Assembly: GCA_947627915.1 (NCBI GenBank)
Contig: CANQXT010000001.1
Location: forward strand, 2,231 to 66,230
DNA: 64,000 nucleotides
DNA from: an uncultured Bacilli bacterium
GTDB lineage: Bacteria; Bacillota_I; Bacilli_A; RF39; UBA660
Reading direction: 5' to 3'
Of the stretch, positions 56,269 to 64,000 are shown piece after piece. Each line of letters opens with the position of its first letter. Positions within the stretch are counted from its first letter, which is position 1. The notes below the pieces were generated by a model, which saw only the letters and a program-made list of their open reading frames with translations, was not told where the DNA came from and did not search any database. A program made the position numbers and the translations under genes.

Positions 56269-58188
56269 TTAGTTTAACAACAAAGTAATCGTTGTATCAG
56301 CACTTTGAAAAGTATTAGGACTAGGAGACATATAAATAACTTTATCTCCACTACCGGTATATTTAATTTTAAATTCTTTTAATTTTTTAGTAGCTTCTTC
56401 TTTAGTCATTCCCACAACATCTGGTAAAACATAATAATGAACATCTAAATATTGATATTCTTTTAACATACCACCACTTTGTTCTTTTATTTTTAACGTT
56501 TCAATAGTAGATAACATAATATTTCTTGCAATAGGAGCAGATACTGTTCCTCCATATTGGGTTACCCCTTTAGGATTATCCACAGCCACATAGATAACTG
56601 CTTCAGGATCATTAGCAGGTAAAAAGCCAATAAATGAAAGAATATAATTACCAACCATATATTTACCATTACTTACTTTTTGAGCCGTTCCGGTTTTTCC
56701 ACCAACGCGATAATTCTCAATATAAGCATTTCTACCCGTCCCATTAGCCACGACACTCTCTAAAGCAAAACGAACCATTTGGGAAGTTTCTTTACTTATT
56801 ACTTCTCTTTTTACACGAGGTTTATTTTCATAAATAATTGCGGAACTACTTTCATCTATAATTGCATCAACTACATAAGGAGTATTTAAAAGTCCACCAT
56901 TAATCGCGGCAGAGACTGCTGTTACTTGTTGAATAGGAGTAACACTTATACCTTGACCAAAGGCAGTTGTTGCTAACTCTACAGGTCCCATTTTATCTAA
57001 CGAAAACAATATTCCATTACCTTCACCATTTAAATCAATACCTGTTTTAGAACCAAAGCCAAATTTTTTTATGTAATTCATTAATGTTTCTTTACCTAAC
57101 TTTTCGCCTAAAGTAACAAAACCGGGGTTACAAGAATTTTCTACTACTTCTAAATATGTTTGAGCTCCGTGACCACCATGTTTCCAACAATGAAGAGTTG
57201 AACCTTCTACTGTTATTGCTCCAGAATCATAATATGTATCCTTAAATAAATCAACTACCCCTTCTTCCAAACTACTTGCTAATGTAATTATTTTGAAAGT
57301 TGAACCTGGTTCATAAGTTTTCCATATTGGTAAATTACGATTTATAACTTCTTCACTATAACTTTGATAATCATTTGGATCAAATGATGGTAAACTACCC
57401 ATTGCAAGTACTTTCCCTGTTTTAGGATCCATAACAATACTTAAAGCATTATCTGCGTTATATTTATCCATTGCATTATTAAGTTCATTATAGATTGCTT
57501 CCATTAATTCTAAATCTAATGTTAGTTTCAAAGTCATTCCTTTAGATGGGGCAATATAACTATCAGGTACCTCTAATTTATTACCTTTACCATCACTATA
57601 ATATTTTAAAGAACCATTAACACCCGTCAAATATTTATCATAAGTAAGTTCTAACCCCGAAAGACCTTGATTATCACTACCAACAAAGCCAATAATATGA
57701 GCAAGCATTTCCCCATATGGGTAATATCTTTTGGAATCAACAATTAAATAAACACCATCATAACCTAATTTTTCAATTTTTTCAGCTGTTTTGCTATCTA
57801 AGTCCATTCCTTTTCGAATTATTTCCATACTACTATTTTTTGCCACATATTTATAAACATCATCAAAATCACAATTTAATATTTCTGCTATATCTTTCGA
57901 TACCTTTTCCTTGTTTTCAGCTTTTATCTGTCCAGGTACCACATATATTGTAGTTGTAACAATACTAGTAGCTAATACTTTACCATTTCGATCAACTATA
58001 TCTCCTCTTGGAGCATTAATAGTCATTCTTCTACTCCATAAATCTTCAGTTATTTTAGATAATTTATTATAAGAAAATACTTGAATATAAAACACTTTTC
58101 CTATTATTAATAAAAGTATAATTATAATAATTAATAATATAAATCTAATTCTTGTATGTATATCATTAAAAAACATATTATCCCTCAT
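56269..58188 (-). CDS. Class B penicillin-binding protein (SpoVD/PBP2x-like transpeptidase with C-terminal PASTA)
   Basis: 639 aa. N-terminal TM, dimerisation domain and transpeptidase motifs STFK (EPGSTFKI), SCN (ENSCNPGF) and KTGT (GGKTGTAQ). PASTA domain at the C-terminus. Confidence 0.85.
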   Translation of the reverse strand: MRDNMFFNDIHTRIRFILLIIIIILLLIIGKVFYIQVFSYNKLSKITEDLWSRRMTINAPRGDIVDRNGKVLATSIVTTTIYVVPGQIKAENKEKVSKDIAEILNCDFDDVYKYVAKNSSMEIIRKGMDLDSKTAEKIEKLGYDGVYLIVDSKRYYPYGEMLAHIIGFVGSDNQGLSGLELTYDKYLTGVNGSLKYYSDGKGNKLEVPDSYIAPSKGMTLKLTLDLELMEAIYNELNNAMDKYNADNALSIVMDPKTGKVLAMGSLPSFDPNDYQSYSEEVINRNLPIWKTYEPGSTFKIITLASSLEEGVVDLFKDTYYDSGAITVEGSTLHCWKHGGHGAQTYLEVVENSCNPGFVTLGEKLGKETLMNYIKKFGFGSKTGIDLNGEGNGILFSLDKMGPVELATTAFGQGISVTPIQQVTAVSAAINGGLLNTPYVVDAIIDESSSAIIYENKPRVKREVISKETSQMVRFALESVVANGTGRNAYIENYRVGGKTGTAQKVSNGKYMVGNYILSFIGFLPANDPEAVIYVAVDNPKGVTQYGGTVSAPIARNIMLSTIETLKIKEQSGGMLKEYQYLDVHYYVLPDVVGMTKEEATKKLKEFKIKYTGSGDKVIYMSPSPNTFQSADTTITLLLN

Positions 58189-58212
58189 AAAATAATATGT
58201 TTTATTTAGTTA

Positions 58213-58848
58213 TTATTGAATTAATTTTTTTAAATTAATTATTTTAAAATTAACTATTACTAATAATAAATTTAAAATAATATTTAAAATTAAGTTTAAT
58301 TTTAATAATGCTATAACTATCAAACTAGATACAATTAATAATAATATTATAATAATCTTTTTAGTAAATAAATTAGTAAAAGTAACTAACATTATATATA
58401 TAGTTATAAAATATAAAATACTTATAATTATATCTCTAATATTTATCCTTATAAAATAGCTTAAAAATTTTGCTATTATTAAACTAGTACATAATTTAAA
58501 TATAATCAAAAAAAGAATAAAAACAATTAATTTACTAGAAAGCCATTTATATTTATTTATTCTTATAGCTATATTATTAAAACCATTCTCTAAATCATAA
58601 AAATAAAATTTATAACCTAAATATAAAAAGAATAAATAATTATAAATATAATATAAATTATAAGTACCATTTAATAATTTAAAATTTGGATAATTAATTA
58701 ATCCCAAAAAATTATCATAAGTTATTGGTATATAATCTAATTTTAAAAAAAGAATAATAAGATAAATAATAAGTATTAAAAAATAAAAAAGTATCCAATA
58801 TTTATTTTTTTTAATGACTTCATTAAGTATTAATAAATTTAATTTCAT
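58213..58848 (-). CDS. Polytopic membrane protein (likely permease partner of the adjacent ABC ATPase)
   Basis: 211 aa, about 6 hydrophobic helices. Adjacent to the ATPase gene and embedded in the dcw cluster. Confidence 0.4.
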   Translation of the reverse strand: MKLNLLILNEVIKKNKYWILFYFLILIIYLIILFLKLDYIPITYDNFLGLINYPNFKLLNGTYNLYYIYNYLFFLYLGYKFYFYDLENGFNNIAIRINKYKWLSSKLIVFILFLIIFKLCTSLIIAKFLSYFIRINIRDIIISILYFITIYIMLVTFTNLFTKKIIIILLLIVSSLIVIALLKLNLILNIILNLLLVIVNFKIINLKKLIQ

Positions 58849-58866
58849 ATCTTTACTCCATTTATG

Positions 58867-59499
58867 TTATTCAGAAATAATTTGGCCATTATCAAAGTAA
58901 AATATTTGATCACAAAGTTTATTTAAATCTTCTTTAATATGACTACTAATAATAATTATTTTATCTTTATTTTTTTCTTTTAATAAATAATTAATTATCT
59001 TATTTACTGATTCATTATCAATACCATTAAATATTTCATCTAATAAAATAATATTTTGATCTTCCATTATAGCTTGAGCAAGTCCTAATTTTTGCTTCAT
59101 TCCTAAAGAATACTTACTATATTTTTTATCTTTAAATTCTATTAAATTAACTAAATCTAAAGTTTCTAATATTTCTTTATCTCCAATCTTATTATTAATT
59201 TTAGCAAGTAATTTTAAATTTTCATAACCAGTTAAATCAGGAAAAAATGATGGTTTTTCAATCATAACTCCTAAAGATTTTGGGAATTCTTTTAAATTAT
59301 TAAAATTAACTCCATCATATAATACTTCACCTTTAGTAGGATTATATAACCCACTTAAAATTTTTAAAAAGACTGATTTACCAGAACCATTTCGGCCATA
59401 TAAACCATATATATTACCACTTTTAAAATGTAAATTAATATTATTAAGAACTGGAATACCATTAAATTCTTTGCTTAAATTATTTACTACTATTTCCAT
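58867..59499 (-). CDS. ABC transporter ATP-binding protein (short, ABC-2 type)
   Basis: 210 aa. Walker A GRNGSGKSVFLKILSGL, signature-like YSLGMKQKLGLAQA and Walker B IILLDEIFNGID. Confidence 0.8.
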   Translation of the reverse strand: MEIVVNNLSKEFNGIPVLNNINLHFKSGNIYGLYGRNGSGKSVFLKILSGLYNPTKGEVLYDGVNFNNLKEFPKSLGVMIEKPSFFPDLTGYENLKLLAKINNKIGDKEILETLDLVNLIEFKDKKYSKYSLGMKQKLGLAQAIMEDQNIILLDEIFNGIDNESVNKIINYLLKEKNKDKIIIISSHIKEDLNKLCDQIFYFDNGQIISE

Positions 59500-60405
59500 T
59501 TATTCATTCTCCTCTATATCCATAATTAGTTTTTCTTTATCTTTATAAGCTAAATAAACCATCATAAACGTTATAATCATTATTGTAAATGGAACTATCA
59601 TCATTGATAAAATACCATAACTATCATTGCAGAACAAAAATTCATTAATAATATTAAATAATATACTAATATCAGTTTTTAATAAGTAAGTACAAATAAT
59701 TCCTCCAAAAAATACTTCTAATACTATCTCAAGACCAATAATACTTAAAAATGATAAAATTATTGTAATAAAAAGATTATGATGATATCTACATACTAAA
59801 AGTGTAATATTAATATAGATTAAAGAACAAAAGAAGATATTTAAAACATATAAAATTAAAAATAAATAAGGATTTTTTAATGTTTCAAAAGACCAAACAC
59901 TAGCATTAGAAGTAATTAAATTAACTGAACTTAAATTTTTAGTATAAATTAAAGGTATAATAATTAAACTTAAAGCAATAAATAATAATATTAAAGACGA
60001 TATATAAGAATTAAGAAACATTTTCTTTTTTATCTTTTTAAAATTACTTCGAGGTAATTCAGTTATTAGTATTCTATTTTTTAAATAACTACAATTAAAA
60101 ACAGATGCTGTAATAATTGTCAAAATTATAAAGATAAACATATATTTTGTATTACTAATATTTATAATATTTTCCTGAAATAATTCAAAAAATTCTATTT
60201 TATTATCTTTATTTAAGATTGATATACAAAACTCTTCTTTTTCTGTACCTATATAATTTGTACTTAAACATTCATTTTGAAGATTAGTTATAGCCTCATT
60301 ATTATTCTTTTTTATTTGAATTTCTTTTACACTTATAAATATTACTAAAAGTAAAGATATAATAAGACTAATTATTAAAAATATTTTTGTTTTTTTATTA
60401 ATCAT
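59500..60405 (-). CDS. Polytopic membrane protein (ABC-2-type permease-like)
   Basis: 301 aa, 6 TM. Directly abuts the ATPase gene. Confidence 0.45.
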   Translation of the reverse strand: MINKKTKIFLIISLIISLLLVIFISVKEIQIKKNNNEAITNLQNECLSTNYIGTEKEEFCISILNKDNKIEFFELFQENIINISNTKYMFIFIILTIITASVFNCSYLKNRILITELPRSNFKKIKKKMFLNSYISSLILLFIALSLIIIPLIYTKNLSSVNLITSNASVWSFETLKNPYLFLILYVLNIFFCSLIYINITLLVCRYHHNLFITIILSFLSIIGLEIVLEVFFGGIICTYLLKTDISILFNIINEFLFCNDSYGILSMMIVPFTIMIITFMMVYLAYKDKEKLIMDIEENE

Positions 60406-60407
60406 AT

Positions 60408-62513
60408 TTATTTTCCCTTATCTAAAGTAACCGTTATATCCATATCACTATTAATACTAGTTCCTGGAGGTATACTTTGTTCTTTAACATAACCATAACC
60501 ATTTATATTAAAGTTTATACCTAATAAACTAGCATAAGTTTTCACTTCGTTTAAACTCCATCCAGTCATATCTTCTAAAATATAATCTTTATTATTACTA
60601 ACTAAGAAAACTTTATTATTTTCAAATACTTCCGTATTCTTTAGAGGATATTGATTAATTACATACTTACCTTGACCTAAAGTAATTACATTTAATTTTT
60701 GATTAGTAAGTAAATCTTTAGTAGTTTGAACTTCGCTACTAATATAATTATCTAAAGTAACTATTTTCTTTTCTAAATTATCTAAAGTATTTTCTATTCC
60801 TAAATAAGATACAATATCATCAACTGCTTTTGTAAGTTCTTTAGCAATAGGAGTTGCTGATGTGGCACTTAAACTTTTTGTAGCAACATATACAATATAT
60901 TTAGGATCCTCTTCAGGAAAGATACCAGCAAAACTACGAATATAATCGTAATCACCATATAAGTATCCTCCTCCATTAGGATTAGCAATTTGTGCAGTTC
61001 CTGTTTTACCTATCATATTGGTTTTTGTAGGTTGCCAATAAGTAGATAAACCTTCATAGACAACATTATGCATTAAATGACGCATATAATCCATTGTTTC
61101 TTTAGAATATACTTTTTCTACTTCTGTTCTTTTGCCTTCATAAATAACTTCATCTTGCGAATTAACTATTTTAGAAACGATATATGGTTTAATTGTCGTA
61201 CCATCATTAGTAAGAGTTGATAGAGCTTGTAACATTTGAATAGGGGTAACAGTTATACCTTGGCCAAAGGAAGCATTAGCTATTTCCGTTAAATATTGTA
61301 TCTTTACTTTACCAGAAACTTCATTAGCAAGTTCAATACCAGTCTTTTTACTAAAACCTAATTTTTTATAATAATCGGTTAATTTTTCTGCTTTTAACTC
61401 TAAACCTAGAATTGTGGCAGCGACATTGGAAGAATAAGCAAAACCAGTATCAAAAGTTATTTCTCCCCAACCTTTTCGATTAAAATCTCTAATAGTAGCA
61501 TTAGCTACTGGAATACTACCAGATAAATAAGTTTTATTACCATCATATAAACCTTCTTCAATACTTGACGCAAATGAGAATGTTTTCATAACACTTCCTG
61601 GTTCATATTCATAACTAACTAAAGGATTCATATAATTTTTTAACGAACTTAAATTATTAGGATCAAAATTAGGATATGTCGATGATGCTACTATAGCCCC
61701 TGTTTTTGCATCCATTACAGTAAATATCATCCAATCCATATTATAATTTTTAGATAAATTATGAGTTAAGGTTTCTGCAAATAATTGAATATTACTATCG
61801 ATTGTTAAATAAATATTATTACCATCAGTCGAAGATTCTTCAATTATTTCTGCTCCCGGTAAAGTATAACCATAAGCATCCGTTTGATATGTTATTTTAC
61901 CATCAATACCAGATAATTCATCATCATAATATGATTCTAATCCTAATTCACCTACTATATCACCATCTTCATTTTTTCTAGCATAACCTACTATATATGA
62001 AGCAAAGGAACCCATATTATATGTTCTTTTTTGACTTTTAATAAAATCTATACCTGGCATTTCTAAAGCCTCAATTTTATTTTTAAGAGATTCTGAAATA
62101 TCTTTACCTCCAACAAATTCAACTTGATAAACATTTTTTTTACTTAATTGTTCAATAGCATGATCATAATCAATACCAATCATTTCATTTAACATTTTAG
62201 CAGTTTTATTAATATCAACAACATGTTCTGGATGTCTTGGATCTGTTGTTCTTCTTGAATCTAGATACGCTATAATTGTATAGGAATTAACTGTAGTAGC
62301 TAAAGTATTACCATCTTTATCGTAAATATTACCTCTTTTAGCATAAATAATATCTTCTTTAGTATTACGATTTTCAGCAAATTCATGTAAATCTATATCA
62401 TCTACTTTTCTACTCAATGATACATAACTTAATTTAATAATTATGGCAACAAAAAAGAAGCAGACAATAAAAATTAAAATTGGTGGTATTTTTACAGTAA
62501 CTCCCTTTTTCAT
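60408..62513 (-). CDS. Class B penicillin-binding protein PBP2B/FtsI (two C-terminal PASTA domains)
   Basis: 701 aa. SxxK (EPGSVMKT), SSN (AYSSNVAA), KTGT (GKTGTAQI), then two PASTA repeats. Follows ftsL. Confidence 0.85.
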   Translation of the reverse strand: MKKGVTVKIPPILIFIVCFFFVAIIIKLSYVSLSRKVDDIDLHEFAENRNTKEDIIYAKRGNIYDKDGNTLATTVNSYTIIAYLDSRRTTDPRHPEHVVDINKTAKMLNEMIGIDYDHAIEQLSKKNVYQVEFVGGKDISESLKNKIEALEMPGIDFIKSQKRTYNMGSFASYIVGYARKNEDGDIVGELGLESYYDDELSGIDGKITYQTDAYGYTLPGAEIIEESSTDGNNIYLTIDSNIQLFAETLTHNLSKNYNMDWMIFTVMDAKTGAIVASSTYPNFDPNNLSSLKNYMNPLVSYEYEPGSVMKTFSFASSIEEGLYDGNKTYLSGSIPVANATIRDFNRKGWGEITFDTGFAYSSNVAATILGLELKAEKLTDYYKKLGFSKKTGIELANEVSGKVKIQYLTEIANASFGQGITVTPIQMLQALSTLTNDGTTIKPYIVSKIVNSQDEVIYEGKRTEVEKVYSKETMDYMRHLMHNVVYEGLSTYWQPTKTNMIGKTGTAQIANPNGGGYLYGDYDYIRSFAGIFPEEDPKYIVYVATKSLSATSATPIAKELTKAVDDIVSYLGIENTLDNLEKKIVTLDNYISSEVQTTKDLLTNQKLNVITLGQGKYVINQYPLKNTEVFENNKVFLVSNNKDYILEDMTGWSLNEVKTYASLLGINFNINGYGYVKEQSIPPGTSINSDMDITVTLDKGK

Positions 62514-62524
62514 ATGTACTCCTT

Positions 62525-62818
62525 CTATTTTGTTACATTAACTATATTGTCACTATTATATGAAAGACCATAACGCTCAGCTATTTTTTGAATATTTTCC
62601 ATACTTACAAGTTCATCAATTTGCATTTCTAAACTAGCATTATTATCTTCTTTCTTTTCTATTTTACTTTTTAATTTTTCATTTTTAATATTAGTTTCAC
62701 TTAATAAAGATTTAGAAAAAATATTAATAGTTGGAATAGCTAGTAATAATAATAACAACACAACATACATCATTTTTTCTCCTTTTAGAAATCTTACTTT
62801 ATATTTTTTCATAATCAT
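62525..62818 (-). CDS. ftsL: Cell-division protein FtsL-like (single TM + coiled coil)
   Basis: 97 aa. TM helix VVLLLLLAIPTINIF followed by a coiled coil. Lies between rsmH and the PBP. Confidence 0.55.
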   Translation of the reverse strand: MIMKKYKVRFLKGEKMMYVVLLLLLLAIPTINIFSKSLLSETNIKNEKLKSKIEKKEDNNASLEMQIDELVSMENIQKIAERYGLSYNSDNIVNVTK

Positions 62819-63768
62819 TATATCCTTTCCACTACTCTTAATTTAGCACTATGACTACGAGTATTTTCTTCTAATTCTTTATTACTAGGTGTAAGAGGTT
62901 TTTTATTTATTATTTTTATTATTGGTTCATATTCTTTAGGAATATTTGGTAAACCTTTAACTAATTCATTAACCTCTGATTTTTCTTTAAATATCTTTTT
63001 AACAATTTTATCTTCTAAAGAATGAAAAGTAATAACTGCTATTCTTCCTTTACTATTTAATAATTCAATCGCATCAGGTAAAACTTTTTCTAATACTTCT
63101 AATTCTTTATTTACTTCTATTCTTAAAGCTTGGAATATTTTTCTTTCAGGATGATTTTTATAAAAGTAATTAGCTCCAACAGATGTTTTAATTACTTCAA
63201 CTAATTCCATTGTAGTATTAATTTCTTTTTGTAATCTTTTCTTCCCAATTTCTTTACTAATATTCTTGGATAATTTCTCTTCCCCATATCTAAAGAATAT
63301 ATCTGTTAATTTTTCTTCACTATACTTATTAATAATTTCTTTAGCAGTTAATTTATTATCTAAATTCATTCGCATATCTAATGGAGCATCTTTCATAAAA
63401 GAAAAACCTCTTTTTTCATCATCTATTTGTGGTGAAGAAAAACCTAAATCAAAAATTATTCCATCAACTTTAAATATATTTAAATCATTTAATATTTTGT
63501 TTAGATTAACAAAATTATCTTGGATTATAGTGAAATTATTGCTTATTTTTTCTAATTCTTTTTGAGAATATTCAATTGCTTCTTTATCTTGATCGATAGC
63601 TATGAGTTGACCTCTTTTTAATCTTTTTAAAATTTCTCTACTCATTCCCCCATAACCTAAAGTTGCATCAACATAAATACCATCTTCTTTTATGTTAAGG
63701 GAAGCAATTATTTCATTAAGCATAACACTATAATGTTTCATAATTACCCTCAAATAAATTTTCAGCAA
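62818..63768 (-). CDS. rsmH: 16S rRNA (cytosine1402-N4)-methyltransferase RsmH (MraW)
   Basis: 316 aa. GIYVDATLGYGGMS SAM-binding motif and DLGFSSPQID. Conserved position after mraZ. Confidence 0.9.
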   Translation of the reverse strand: MLKIYLRVIMKHYSVMLNEIIASLNIKEDGIYVDATLGYGGMSREILKRLKRGQLIAIDQDKEAIEYSQKELEKISNNFTIIQDNFVNLNKILNDLNIFKVDGIIFDLGFSSPQIDDEKRGFSFMKDAPLDMRMNLDNKLTAKEIINKYSEEKLTDIFFRYGEEKLSKNISKEIGKKRLQKEINTTMELVEVIKTSVGANYFYKNHPERKIFQALRIEVNKELEVLEKVLPDAIELLNSKGRIAVITFHSLEDKIVKKIFKEKSEVNELVKGLPNIPKEYEPIIKIINKKPLTPSNKELEENTRSHSAKLRVVERI

Positions 63769-64000
63769 TGCTTTCTAATTTATCACTATTTTCAGTCATA
63801 AAGTTTTCATAAGCATCTTTATCCCATATTTCAATACGGTCATTTACGCCGATTATAACGCATTCCTTTGTTAAACCGGCGTAGCTAACCAATGGGGAGG
63901 TAATATTGATTCGACCCATTTTGTCGAATTCACATACAGAGGCACCAGCAAAAAATGATCTTATAAATGTTCGGGCATCTTTTTTAGTAAAAGGAAGAGT
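63728..64000 (-). CDS. mraZ: Transcriptional regulator MraZ (C-terminal part; N-terminus beyond the window end)
   Basis: The frame stays open upstream of the annotated Met to position 64000 (...TLPFTKKDARTFIRSFFAGASVCEFDKMGRINI...). The second DxxGR motif is present. Confidence 0.8.
   Translation of the reverse strand, partial: TLPFTKKDARTFIRSFFAGASVCEFDKMGRINITSPLVSYAGLTKECVIIGVNDRIEIWDKDAYENFMTENSDKLESIAENLFEGNYETL

Noticed and set aside
57717-57953. 78-aa plus-strand ORF inside the PBP gene
   Set aside because: Antisense shadow ORF.
63266-63565. 99-aa plus-strand ORF inside rsmH
   Set aside because: Antisense shadow ORF.

Overview
This is a 64-kb, very AT-rich (about 25% GC, estimated by eye) chromosomal segment from a low-GC Gram-positive (Firmicutes-like) bacterium. 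Standard genetic code: Trp is TGG and TGA is a stop. Nearly every gene is on the minus strand. The window carries core housekeeping blocks. One is DNA replication, repair and chromosome handling: priA, xseA/xseB, nusB, mutS, smc, rnc and an autoregulated lexA. Another is the start of a division/cell-wall (dcw) cluster: mraZ-rsmH-ftsL-PBP2B-[ABC transporter]-PBP-mraY-ftsW. There is also a competence locus with comEA and comEC plus nearby pseudopilin-like genes, a second SEDS gene, rimM-trmD, a TrmH-family methyltransferase, ugtP-like glycolipid synthase, a lemA/DUF2207 pair and one tRNA-Ser(GCU). Accessory or unusual content includes two tandem pairs of MacB/FtsX-type fused ABC ATPase-permease genes, tandem paralogous genes of unknown function next to mutS, and a degenerate transketolase-like pseudo-enzyme. 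There is also a small insertion island at the 3' end of ftsW: ORF6N remnants, a DUF4143 AAA ATPase and an 87-bp duplicated copy of the ftsW 3' end. The lexA promoter region has two AAAC-N4-GTTT boxes and a divergent small membrane-protein ORF that looks frameshifted in a homopolymer. The lemA upstream region holds three 34-35-bp tandem repeats and three palindromes. There is a frameshifted/truncated histidine phosphatase pseudogene and a perfect 25-bp tandem duplication at the end of a PAP2 gene. No CRISPR array, rRNA, integrase or transposase was seen.
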